DNA of 64,000 bases from Nitrospirota bacterium (GCA_963790205.1 CAWBNQ010000003.1:896001-960000); one strand, 5' to 3'; numbered from the stretch's first letter, positions 50,152-59,455 are shown. Program-made: numbers and translations. Notes: generated from the letters alone by a model not told the origin.

Positions 50152-50535
50152 ATGGGCTATCTGGAGGGCTTTAACTGGGACGCGATCAAGAAAGACCTGC
50201 AGCAGGGGCTGGAAAAAGGCATGGCGGCAGTGAAGCAAGGCGCCGTCGTGGTGCAGAAGAAAGCCGGGGAACTCACGGAAGAAGGAAAACGGCAGTACAA
50301 GGTATTAAGACTCAAAGCAAGGATCCACGAGGCGATTGCCGACCTCGGCGCAAAGACCTATGTGCTCATGAGCGGTGCCAAAGCCAAAAACCCCGCTCTC
50401 GATGCAGGGGTGAAGGAGATCATGGTCCGGATCCAGGACCTTGAAGCGCAGCTCGGGGTGCTCGAAGGCAAGAGCAGTGAGGGGCGCCCTAAAGCTCGCC
50501 CCAAGGCACGCACGAAAGCACATAAAAAGAAATGA
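50152..50535 (+). CDS. Hypothetical coiled-coil protein with a basic tail
   Basis: GGAGGTGA RBS; amphipathic helices; KARPKARTKAHKKK tail. Confidence 0.75.
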   Translation: MGYLEGFNWDAIKKDLQQGLEKGMAAVKQGAVVVQKKAGELTEEGKRQYKVLRLKARIHEAIADLGAKTYVLMSGAKAKNPALDAGVKEIMVRIQDLEAQLGVLEGKSSEGRPKARPKARTKAHKKK

Positions 50536-50617
50536 AACAGAGAAAATATCCGCCCCAGAGTCCGCCACGGGTGCTTTTTTCCATTCGGGATCTTGGCTGA
50601 TGCCGGCTGGGACGGCC

Positions 50618-50893
50618 TCATATTTTCGGAACTTTCGTGTACGTCCTGCAGTCAGGATATCCCGAGCACCTGAAACGCAAAATCGTCCCTTCATCCTTGT
50701 ATAGATGCATGATGCTGCCGCAGGCCGGGCATAACGGCCTCTTCTCGACTTTCGTGCGACGGCCCTCGGTAAACTGCTTCCCGCATAGCAAGCAGAGATA
50801 GCGTTGCTTACCTGTCCGTGCAAACCCGTCGCGATATACGTTACTCGACTCACACGCCGGGCACTGTACGTTATTGATCGTGTCTTTAGGCAT
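50618..50893 (-). CDS. Double zinc-ribbon protein (IS1 InsA-like ribbon plus topoisomerase-like C4 ribbon)
   Basis: CPACES..YRDG...GKQRYLCLLCGKQF, then CPACG.IM...FRCSGYPDC. Confidence 0.8.
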   Translation of the reverse strand: MPKDTINNVQCPACESSNVYRDGFARTGKQRYLCLLCGKQFTEGRRTKVEKRPLCPACGSIMHLYKDEGTILRFRCSGYPDCRTYTKVPKI

Positions 50894-51123
50894 TACTCAA
50901 GATTATAGTGGGCACTCTTCCTGAAAATTGCGCACGAATGTATCGCTGCCGACGGTGTGTCTGCAACAGAGAATAACGGTTGCCAGCCATGATGGTCGCA
51001 GTTCACTTTTACTGCAACCGATCTTTTACTCCCGGCTCGCCACGATAGGCGGAAATGCTTTCACTTTGGCATCTTTTTTCAGCTCATCCTGCATCTCCCG
51101 ACAGGACCGGCTAACTCCTTCCC

Positions 51124-51336
51124 CTAGGAATTACTTCGTAATATTTTTGCCAGGAATATCGGACATTGATCGTAGTTCTCGGTGCGGCAATACGCGGCGT
51201 CTTGTCGCTTGCTGGGCGCCAATGTCATGACGGACGCCGAGCAATTCAAGCTATGCTCGCTCCTGTAGGGACAAAGTGAGGTGCAATCGCCCGGCGATGG
51301 AACTTTAGTTGCAGTCATTGAGCGAGAAATGTACAT
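51124..51336 (-). CDS. Small Cys-rich hypothetical protein
   Basis: GAGAGG RBS; C..CPY..CSAS..YC.TENYDQCPIFLAK; own promoter array upstream. Confidence 0.65.
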   Translation of the reverse strand: MYISRSMTATKVPSPGDCTSLCPYRSEHSLNCSASVMTLAPSKRQDAAYCRTENYDQCPIFLAKILRSNS

Positions 51337-51359
51337 AGTTACCTCTCAAAGTTGCATGA

Positions 51360-51414
51360 AGCATACTTGATGAATGTTACGTGAGTATTACAATGAACGT
51401 TAAATTCCGTTTAA
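51360..51414 (-). promoter_or_regulatory. Pho-box-like array plus -10 box (small Cys-rich gene)
   Basis: GTTAC 51376, ATTAC 51387, GTTAA 51399 (12-bp step), TTTAA 51410; -10 TATGCT at 51365-51360. Confidence 0.65.
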
Positions 51415-51446
51415 AAAAAGTTGTAGGTAAGTAATGAAAGAGAAGA

Positions 51447-51475
51447 TAGACTTTGCATTAACACGCGACTACAAT
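51447..51475 (+). promoter_or_regulatory. Putative sigma70 promoter of the ATPase operon
   Basis: TAGACT-17 bp-TACAAT, then AAAGGAGGT RBS. Confidence 0.5.
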
Positions 51476-51501
51476 TGAGTACATAGAAAGGAGGTCACAC
51501 C

Positions 51502-51810
51502 ATGGCACTTTTGGACAATGGATTGAAAGGAAATCTTGCTACCGGTCTGGCGATCGGCATCGGTGCCGCAATACTGGCACCCGTAGTCATTCCTCTGTTT
51601 GCCAATATCGCGAAGCCGTTGGCAAAAGCCGCAATCAAAGGAGGCATGCAGCTGTATGAACGCGGAAAGGAAACATTTGCAGAGGTCGCTGAAATTACGG
51701 AAGATATTGTGGCTGAAGCAAAAGCGGAATTAGCTGAGTCGACAGCGGCAGCGGCGGCAGTTGCGGCAGCACCGGCTGCAGACTCCGAAGGCGGGTCAGT
51801 CACGTCATGA
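51502..51810 (+). CDS. DUF5132-like / FezA-like small membrane protein
   Basis: GLAIGIG GxxxG helix, KPLAKAAIKGG, acidic helix EITEDIVAEAKAE. Confidence 0.78.
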   Translation: MALLDNGLKGNLATGLAIGIGAAILAPVVIPLFANIAKPLAKAAIKGGMQLYERGKETFAEVAEITEDIVAEAKAELAESTAAAAAVAAAPAADSEGGSVTS

Positions 51811-52292
51811 TCCCGCCCGCTGTCATTGCCCATGCTTCAGCCGGGAGATTACGGATCCGGATCTCCTCACAAAAAGGGAACCTTGCAGCACTTAAGTCCG
51901 GGGGAGATCAGCTTGCCGCGTGTCCGGGGATTCTCTCCATTGAGGTGAACCCGGGTACGGGGAGCATACTTGTACTTCACCAAACGACGGTGCAAGTGAT
52001 TGCGGAGTATGCGCGGTCCAGGAGCCTTTTTTCGTTGGAGGACCAAAGGATATCAAGGGTGCCGTCTGCGGAGCTTCGCCGGGACCTTGGCGGTACGTTC
52101 AAGAGCATTGATCGGCAGATACAGAACCTCACGGGTGGAGATTTGGACCTAGGCGGGTTTGCAGTCGGAGCCTTGGTTATAGCGGGTAGTTTGCAAATCT
52201 TGTCAGGGACTGCAGGCCCAATACCGTGGTCAGCAGCGTACTGGTACGCATACAATCTCTACTCAAAAACAAAGGATGGGGAGAAAAAATGA
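51807..52292 (+). CDS. HMA2-domain (FezC-like) membrane protein
   Basis: HASAGRLRIRI, GILSIEVNPGTGSILV, then TGGDLDL, TM helix, PWSAAYWYA. Confidence 0.78.
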   Translation: MIPPAVIAHASAGRLRIRISSQKGNLAALKSGGDQLAACPGILSIEVNPGTGSILVLHQTTVQVIAEYARSRSLFSLEDQRISRVPSAELRRDLGGTFKSIDRQIQNLTGGDLDLGGFAVGALVIAGSLQILSGTAGPIPWSAAYWYAYNLYSKTKDGEKK

Positions 52293-52582
52293 CATAAGCA
52301 GCACCGAGGGAAGTAGGAACCCTTCCAGTCCGTGTCCGCCTTGTCAGCAACAAAAGTTTCTCGTTATAGAAAAAATCTGAATTTCTGAAAAACCCGTTTC
52401 CAGCATTATCACAACAAAAAAGTACGATAACGCTTTTGGGAACCTTGACAGGAGTAATGCTTATGAGCGACCGCAAACAAAAGGCACCGACGAAGAAGAC
52501 CGTGAAGCGCAGCTCGCGCGACTCGTCGTCGGAATCGGATCTGAAAATCACAACTACGAGGACTACAAAAGGAGGAGCAGAC

Positions 52583-53191
52583 ATGACAAACGCAGAAACC
52601 ATAGGTGGGGAAACGTCAGCCCAAGACATCGGCAAAGCAGGATCTGCCGTGAAAGAGGGCGTCGTGAGCAGTCTCAAAGGGATCAACGAGATCGAAGCGG
52701 AGATCGTCAGCCTCGTCAGGAACACCGTATCCAACACGCTTCGCGCAACAGGCTCAGTGGCCGATGAAGCAGTCGGCATCACGAAGGATGTGGTCAAGGG
52801 AGCCATTCAGGCCACGGAAGAGGTCGGCACCGGCCTCATTTTGAGCACCAAGAGCGTGGCAAAAGGGGTGGTCATGGGCGTGAGCGATGTTGGCGGCGAC
52901 ATTATTTCCGTGGCAGGCCAGACCGTCAAGGGCGCAGTCAAGGGTGCGGCCGAGGTCGGCGCGGATGTCGCCATGGTTGCCCGGCGGGCCGTGGACGGCG
53001 TGATCGAGGCCACCAAGGAAGTCGGGGGGAATGCCGAAGAGGTGGCGAAAGTCGCCGTCACTGGCGCAATTGAGGCGGCATCTGTAATCGGCAACACGGC
53101 GGTCAAGGCGGTCAAGGACATGCTGGTTGGAGTTGTTGAAGGAGTCAAAGAGGTCGCGAGCAGCGCGTTGCCGAAGACGAAAACGACTTAA
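52583..53191 (+). CDS. 22-residue amphipathic repeat protein
   Basis: AAAGGAGGAG RBS before ATG 52583; at least 7 tandem 22-mers such as GDIISVAGQTVKGAVKGAAEVG. Confidence 0.82.
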   Translation: MTNAETIGGETSAQDIGKAGSAVKEGVVSSLKGINEIEAEIVSLVRNTVSNTLRATGSVADEAVGITKDVVKGAIQATEEVGTGLILSTKSVAKGVVMGVSDVGGDIISVAGQTVKGAVKGAAEVGADVAMVARRAVDGVIEATKEVGGNAEEVAKVAVTGAIEAASVIGNTAVKAVKDMLVGVVEGVKEVASSALPKTKTT

Positions 53192-53246
53192 TCCGTCATC
53201 GCCTGGCTTGTGACCAGCTTCCATTTCAGAAGGGGAGGTATCGTAC

Positions 53247-56200
53247 GTGGTCCAGGCCGTTCATACGTCGGTAAAAGGACGGGCCCGTTATAAGGTAGAG
53301 GGTCTGTACCGCTCGGAGCAGTTGAAACAGCAGATCGAGCAGAATCTTGCGCAGCACAAGTGGATCCTGAGCGTTTCGATCAATACCCTCACGGGAAGCG
53401 TTCTCGTGCTGTTCGATTCGCAGAACGGCAACCATGCATCGGCTGTAGCCTCCCTGCTGAATGCCGCGGTGGAACGTACCAACGGCGGGCCGGTCCAAGG
53501 AAAGGGAGACCCTTTCCCTTCTGTGTCGCAGGGGGAAGGAACGGTTATGGTACGCACCGTGCGCACCGTCGCCTCTCCTCTCCCCACTCCCGCTGGCAAG
53601 GAAGTGCCGAGCCTCCGGACCGTTCGCAAGCAAGTTTCCCGTGCCGATGACCAGCAGGGAGAAGCATGGCATTGCATGTCAAAGGGAGATGTGCTTCAGA
53701 GATGGGGTACGTCAGCGTCCAACGGTTTATCCGAAGAAGCAGCCCGCCTCTTGTTCATTCAGTATGGTCCCAACCTTCTGCCTGAGTCCGTTCCCCGCTC
53801 CGGCTGGAGCATGTTCTTCGATCAGTTCAAGTCCCTTCCCGTAGCCCTCCTCGGCGTTGCGGCCGGCATTTCCGTTGCTACCGGCGGATTTGCGGATGCC
53901 GTCGTGATCATGGGGGTCGTCGTCACCAACGCCTCAATAGGATATTATACCGAGAGCCAGTCGGAAAAGATCATCCACGGATTGAAGAGCCTCGTGCAGC
54001 CGACCTCAACCGTGATCCGCGACGGGGTCATGACGACCATCGATGCCAAGGTGGTCGTGCCCGGAGATCTAATCGTGCTGAGACCGGGAAGCTATGTCGC
54101 GGCGGACGCCCGTCTCATCGAGGCAAAATATCTGAGCATCGATGAATCGGCGCTCACCGGCGAGAGCATGCCGGCGATGAAAACCACCGATGAACTGCAG
54201 GTACCGGACATCCTCCTTGCCGACCGCACTAACATGGTCTATATGGGCACCCTGGTCACCGGGGGACAGGGCCTCGCCGTCGCGGTGGCGACAGGACGCT
54301 TTACCGAGGTCGGAAAGATCCAGACCATGGTGGGAGAGGCGCGGCCGCCCGAGACGCCCCTGGAACGGCAGATGGACCACCTGGGGGTCCAGTTGGTTTA
54401 TATCACCTGCGCCGTATGCGGCATCGTGTTCATCGTAGGCATCCTCCGCGGTTATGGTTTTCTCCAGATGCTGAAGACCTCCATTGCCCTTGCCGTAGCC
54501 GCCGTGCCCGAGGGGCTTCCGACCGTTACGACGACGACCCTCGCGCTCGGCATCAAGCGCATGCGCGGTCTGAACGTGCTCATCCGCCACCTTGACGCGG
54601 TCGAAACGCTCGGGTCGGTCGAAACCATCTGTCTTGACAAGACCGGCACGATCACTATGAACAAGATGTCGGTGGTCCAGATGCATGCCGGCATGCGCCG
54701 TCTCGATGTTGTCGATGGCAGGATCTTGGCGGAAGGAAAAAATATAAACCCCTATACGAGCGAGGACGTCCTCCGTCTGCTCCATTTGTCCGTGCTCTGT
54801 AATGAATCGATGGTATCGGGACAGGAAGGCGACTACGTTGTGGAAGGGTCATCAACGGAAAACGCCCTGGTGAACCTCGCGCTCACCGCCGGCGTGGATG
54901 TCAATTCGCTTCGCGCGCAGCACCCCATCGTGAAGATGAACCACCGATCGGAAGACCGGCATTATATGAACACCGTACACCGCTCGAACGACCAACAGCG
55001 GCTAATGGCTCTCAAGGGGAGTCCTTCCGATGTGCTGTCACTCTGCAAATGGTACGTCAACGACGGCCGGCAACTGGAGCTTGACGACGATGCCCGCGCG
55101 GTCTTCTACGCAGAAAATGAACGGATGGCCGGTGAAGCGCTCCGCGTGCTGGCCATGGCGTACGCCGTGACCAACGGGGACACCCTGCACAGCGACGGGA
55201 TCATTCAGCAGGGACTCGTCTGGGTCGGCCTCGTCGGCATGGCGGATGTGGTCAGGAGCGGCGTCAAGAATCTCATCAACACGTTCCACCGGGCCGGGAT
55301 CGATACCGTTATGATCACCGGTGACCAGAGCCCCACTGCCTATGCGATCGGCAAGGAGCTCAATCTGAGCAAGGGCGAGGAACTGGAGATCCTGGACTCC
55401 GCCAACCTTAGCCGGCTTGAGCCCGAGGTCATGAAGGCGCTTGCCGGGCGTGTCCATGTCTTCGCCCGCGTGAGCCCGGCCAACAAGCTCCAGATCGTCC
55501 AGGCGCTCCAGTCCGCAGGAAAGGTCATCGGTATGACCGGCGACGGCATCAACGATGGACCGGCGCTCAAAGCTGCCGATATCGGGATCGCCCTGGGACA
55601 CACGGGGACCGACGTGGCGCGGGAGGTAGCGGACGTGGTCCTGGAAGACGACAACCTCGAGACCATGATCGTGGCCATCAGTCAGGGGCGGACGATCTAC
55701 AATAATTTACGAAAATCGGTCCGCTACATGCTTTCGAAGAACACGAGCGAGATCATGATCATGTTCACGGCTCTTGCCGCCGGCATGGGGCAGCCGTTCA
55801 ACGTCATGCAGCTTCTCTGGATCAACATGATCTCGGACATCTTCCCGGGCCTTGCCCTTGCCCAGGAACCGCCCGAGCCGGATGTGCTCCTGCGGCCTCC
55901 CCGCGACCCCGAGGAACCGCTCATCAAGACCGCGGACTTTAAAAGGCTCCTCTTCGAGGCTTCCACTATCTCGGCGGGGACGCTGGCGGCGTACGGCTAC
56001 GGCGTTCTGCGCTACGGGCAGGGGCCCCAGGCCAGCACCATGGCTTTCACGAACTTTGTTACAGCAGGACTCCTGCATGCCATCAGCCATCGTTCCGAGA
56101 CCCACAGCATCTTTGACGCTGACCGGCTCGCACCGAACAACTATCTCACCGTGGCTCTGGCAGGCTCGTTGGGGTTGCAATCTCTTACCCTGGTCGTCCC

Positions 56201-56393
56201 GGGCCTCCGGAGCTTCCTGGGAATGAGCCCGCTGAACCCCTTCGACCTGGCAGTTTCGATCGGGACCGCTGTCGCTCCTTTGCTCATCAACGAGGCGACA
56301 AAAAAGATTGCTGCTCCGCCGTTGGTGCTGAATGGCAGTTCATCGGCCCCGATTTCGATATTGAACGGTAATCACGTTGCTGCAGTCACTTGA
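53247..56393 (+). CDS. P2A-type cation-transporting ATPase with an N-terminal HMA2-like domain
   Basis: VHTSVKGRARYKV..NTLTGSVLV N-domain; TGES, VPEGL, DKTGT, KGSP, TGD, GDGINDGPALK, SKNTSE, WINMISD. Confidence 0.9.
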   Translation: MVQAVHTSVKGRARYKVEGLYRSEQLKQQIEQNLAQHKWILSVSINTLTGSVLVLFDSQNGNHASAVASLLNAAVERTNGGPVQGKGDPFPSVSQGEGTVMVRTVRTVASPLPTPAGKEVPSLRTVRKQVSRADDQQGEAWHCMSKGDVLQRWGTSASNGLSEEAARLLFIQYGPNLLPESVPRSGWSMFFDQFKSLPVALLGVAAGISVATGGFADAVVIMGVVVTNASIGYYTESQSEKIIHGLKSLVQPTSTVIRDGVMTTIDAKVVVPGDLIVLRPGSYVAADARLIEAKYLSIDESALTGESMPAMKTTDELQVPDILLADRTNMVYMGTLVTGGQGLAVAVATGRFTEVGKIQTMVGEARPPETPLERQMDHLGVQLVYITCAVCGIVFIVGILRGYGFLQMLKTSIALAVAAVPEGLPTVTTTTLALGIKRMRGLNVLIRHLDAVETLGSVETICLDKTGTITMNKMSVVQMHAGMRRLDVVDGRILAEGKNINPYTSEDVLRLLHLSVLCNESMVSGQEGDYVVEGSSTENALVNLALTAGVDVNSLRAQHPIVKMNHRSEDRHYMNTVHRSNDQQRLMALKGSPSDVLSLCKWYVNDGRQLELDDDARAVFYAENERMAGEALRVLAMAYAVTNGDTLHSDGIIQQGLVWVGLVGMADVVRSGVKNLINTFHRAGIDTVMITGDQSPTAYAIGKELNLSKGEELEILDSANLSRLEPEVMKALAGRVHVFARVSPANKLQIVQALQSAGKVIGMTGDGINDGPALKAADIGIALGHTGTDVAREVADVVLEDDNLETMIVAISQGRTIYNNLRKSVRYMLSKNTSEIMIMFTALAAGMGQPFNVMQLLWINMISDIFPGLALAQEPPEPDVLLRPPRDPEEPLIKTADFKRLLFEASTISAGTLAAYGYGVLRYGQGPQASTMAFTNFVTAGLLHAISHRSETHSIFDADRLAPNNYLTVALAGSLGLQSLTLVVPGLRSFLGMSPLNPFDLAVSIGTAVAPLLINEATKKIAAPPLVLNGSSSAPISILNGNHVAAVT

Positions 56394-56420
56394 ACAGACA
56401 CCGTGCATGGAGAAGATTAA

Positions 56421-57620
56421 ATGAAAAAAGACTTCATGTTCACCTCGGAATCGGTGACCGAAGGCCATCCTGACAAGCTCTGCGATATCATCAGCGATGC
56501 CATCGTCGATCATGTCCTGCAGAAGGACCCGTATGCGAATATCATAGCCGAGTGCGCCGTTTCCACTGCCATTGTCTTCATCGCAGCGCGGTTCGCGACC
56601 TCGGCCAGGGTCGATTATGCCAATGTCGCCCGGCAGGTCATCAGCCAGGTCGACTATGAGGAGCGGGCCTTTAATGCAAAGACCTGCAGCGTCATAACCA
56701 GCCTCACCGAGGTACCGTTGGACGGCCGTCCGCTGGTTGATGAACGGACCCTGAGCGAGGAGGAGATCGAACGCATTCCCGTGCGGAACCTGGTGACGGT
56801 GTTCGGGTTCGCCTGCGATCAGACCGCGGCCTTTATGCCGCTTCCCGTCTGGCTCGCCCACCGTCTTGCAAGGAAACTCGTGGCCGTGCGGCTCCAGAAA
56901 ACGCTCGATTATCTTGCGCCCGACGGCAAGACCCAGGTCGGCATAGAATATTGTGACGGCAGACCGTCGCGTGTTCACAGCATCACCATTATTGCAAGCC
57001 AGAAGCGGACCGCAGCCAAAGGCGGGCCCGATGCCCAACGGCTCCAGGCCGATATCCGGGAGACAGTGCTGAACCCTGTTTTTCAGGACGAGGAGATCAA
57101 ACCGGATGCGCACACCCGGATCTTCGTCAATCCCGACGGACCTTTCATCGGCGGCGGTCCTGCCGTACACTCAGGGTTGACCGGGAGAAAGAACGCAATC
57201 GATACTTACGGCGAATACTCCCGCCATAGCGGGGCAGCCCTGAGCGGGAAAGATCCTTCGAGGATAGACCGGATCGGCGCCTATGCTGCCCGGTATGCTG
57301 CAAAGAATATCATCGCAGCCGGACTTGCAACCTCCTGCGAGGTGCAGCTCAGCTATTCCATTGGATTTTCGCGGCCGGTGAGCATCCAGATAGAGACCTT
57401 CGGGACCGGCAAAGTATCTGATGAAAGAATTGCCGATATCATAGAAAATAATTTCGACTTTCGGCCGGCCGGTATCATACGCCATTTCAACCTTCGATGT
57501 CTCCCTTCTCAGATCAAAGGCGGTTTTTATCGCAAACTAGCGGCGTACGGTCATGTCGGAAGAATGGACATCGGCTTGCCCTGGGAATTGACAGACAAGG
57601 CGCATCTCCTGAAAGGGTGA
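56421..57620 (+). CDS. metK: Divergent methionine adenosyltransferase (MetK) paralogue
   Basis: ESVTEGHPDK, DGKTQV, GLTGRK, SGKDPS.IDR, AAYGH; GAGDQG motif absent, so the function may differ. Confidence 0.8.
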   Translation: MKKDFMFTSESVTEGHPDKLCDIISDAIVDHVLQKDPYANIIAECAVSTAIVFIAARFATSARVDYANVARQVISQVDYEERAFNAKTCSVITSLTEVPLDGRPLVDERTLSEEEIERIPVRNLVTVFGFACDQTAAFMPLPVWLAHRLARKLVAVRLQKTLDYLAPDGKTQVGIEYCDGRPSRVHSITIIASQKRTAAKGGPDAQRLQADIRETVLNPVFQDEEIKPDAHTRIFVNPDGPFIGGGPAVHSGLTGRKNAIDTYGEYSRHSGAALSGKDPSRIDRIGAYAARYAAKNIIAAGLATSCEVQLSYSIGFSRPVSIQIETFGTGKVSDERIADIIENNFDFRPAGIIRHFNLRCLPSQIKGGFYRKLAAYGHVGRMDIGLPWELTDKAHLLKG

Positions 57621-57647
57621 GAAAGGCAACGGAAGGGTCGGCGAACC

Positions 57648-58556
57648 ATGCATGAGACAGAGGAAAAGCACGTAAAAGGCCAGACGCTCGTTCTTGTTGT
57701 AACAATAGCCTATTTTTTCGTTGAATTGATCGGGGGGTTCTATTATCACAGCATCGCCCTCGTGACTGATGCGTCGTTCATGGCCGTCAATATCTCGGGG
57801 CAGGTCATCGCACTATGGGTGACCAGGCTTGCCCGCAGACAGCCGGACAAGGTCAATACCTTCGGGTACGAGCGCGCGAAAGTGCTGTCTGGCCTGTTCA
57901 ACGGGGTCCTGGTCGGCTTCATCCTGTTCTATGTTTTCACGGAAGCTTTCCAGAAGATTCTGCACCCTCAGCCCATTGAAGCGGATAAGGTTCTGGTGAT
58001 AGCCGTCCTGGGCCTCGCTGCGAACGCCTTCGGTCTCGTACAACTGTACCGGTACGCAAAGGACGTGAACATCAGAGGGGCGCTGCTCCTGCTCCTGAAT
58101 GATACCCTGGGTTCGGTCGGTGTCATTGGTTCTGCCATCATCATACGTTATACCCATCTTTATTTTGTGGACCCGCTTGCCGGCATCCTGATCGGCTGCC
58201 TTGCCGCGTATCCGACTTATTTTTTGATCAGGGACAGCATAAAGATCCTGATGGAGGGGACTCCTGCCAGAATCGATGTCGATGACGTCGCAGGATTTCT
58301 GCATCAATCGTTCCCCCAAATACATCTTGTCAAGGATATGCATATCTGGGGTCTTTCACCGGAGAAGGTTATCCTCGTGGCAAGAATCAGGACGAATGGA
58401 GCGGGATATGACCGGGATACCATAAAACTGATGAAGAACATGCTGCGGGAAAAATTCGGCTTATTTGACATTTACCTAGAGGGATACGAAACGCGGCAAC
58501 ACGAAGCAGCAACGGTGGCGCACGATGTGCTCACACCGAACTATCAAAAGGACTGA
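57648..58556 (+). CDS. Cation diffusion facilitator (CzcD/ZitB-like) with an atypical metal site
   Basis: TFGYERA, EAFQKI.HP, NIRGA, DPL, ILMEGTP, DMHIW. Confidence 0.85.
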   Translation: MHETEEKHVKGQTLVLVVTIAYFFVELIGGFYYHSIALVTDASFMAVNISGQVIALWVTRLARRQPDKVNTFGYERAKVLSGLFNGVLVGFILFYVFTEAFQKILHPQPIEADKVLVIAVLGLAANAFGLVQLYRYAKDVNIRGALLLLLNDTLGSVGVIGSAIIIRYTHLYFVDPLAGILIGCLAAYPTYFLIRDSIKILMEGTPARIDVDDVAGFLHQSFPQIHLVKDMHIWGLSPEKVILVARIRTNGAGYDRDTIKLMKNMLREKFGLFDIYLEGYETRQHEAATVAHDVLTPNYQKD

Positions 58557-58612
58557 AGTCAATTATAGTCCTATTTGAGAGAAGCCCCGGATTAGGAAGG
58601 GGGGAGCTAAAA

Positions 58613-58873
58613 ATGAACAAACGCACTCTGCAGGACATTGAGACGGGACCACGTCATCACGAGGTCGCGGTCGAAAACCTTGCGCAAAGCCTGAACCGGC
58701 CAAAAGAGCGTATAACGACCCTTTACCAGATAGTGTTGAGACACTATTCACGGACGGCACGGATCAAATTCTTTCTCTCTGCCCTCGTTTCGAAGCGGGT
58801 CAAAGACCTGCTGCGGGATAATACAACGACGGCTGATATAGAAAGCCGGAGGGGCCATTCGCGGGAGTTGTGA
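58613..58873 (+). CDS. Small helical protein (DUF3562-like)
   Basis: GGGGGAG RBS; ARIKFFLSALVSKRVKDLL motif. Confidence 0.6.
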   Translation: MNKRTLQDIETGPRHHEVAVENLAQSLNRPKERITTLYQIVLRHYSRTARIKFFLSALVSKRVKDLLRDNTTTADIESRRGHSREL

Positions 58874-58946
58874 ACAGAATTGCTTCCTGTTGCGGTTCTA
58901 TTATTTGAGATTATATCGGGGTTTGCAGATCCACAAGGAGAAGCCA

Positions 58947-59249
58947 ATGCAGGGATGCGGTACGCGCGAGTACAGGAATATCAGTAAAACGAGGATCGAT
59001 AAACTGCTTACTGAGGCAGTCTCGCAGGGGGCCGTTATAACGGGATCTAACCCATGGGACATCGAAACGCGTCTGCACGGAATAGTATTACGAGGAAGGT
59101 GGGATGAGACCGAAAAGACCTTGGCAATCAGCGTAGTAGATGTTAAGTGGTATGTACCGTGCGAGACCGTATGGAGCAATATCGACGTCATGCTGCATGA
59201 TTTCATCGAGCAAAAGAAGAATATGGAAGGCGTAATGGATTTTGGATGA
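58947..59249 (+). CDS. Hypothetical protein
   Basis: AAGGAG RBS before ATG 58947; 100 aa. Confidence 0.65.
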   Translation: MQGCGTREYRNISKTRIDKLLTEAVSQGAVITGSNPWDIETRLHGIVLRGRWDETEKTLAISVVDVKWYVPCETVWSNIDVMLHDFIEQKKNMEGVMDFG

Positions 59250-59455
59250 CCGACGATTGGTCCCGGCGAATCAAAATTTACTCAAAAGGGAAACAAAATT
59301 CAGACGCGATGGCCTAAAAAATGAACCGGCCACTTGGGGATTCCTCTAAGGCACTAGGAAACATGAAGAATGATGAAATCAACTCGATAAAAGAGAACGG
59401 AGCAGCGCAGATTTGACGCATGCAGGAAAAGAGGATAGACGGAGGGGACGTTGTA

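Noticed and set aside
51502..56393. Magnetosome island or canonical ferrosome fezB
   Set aside because: No recognisable mam core genes, and the ATPase has P2A rather than P1B-6 membrane motifs.
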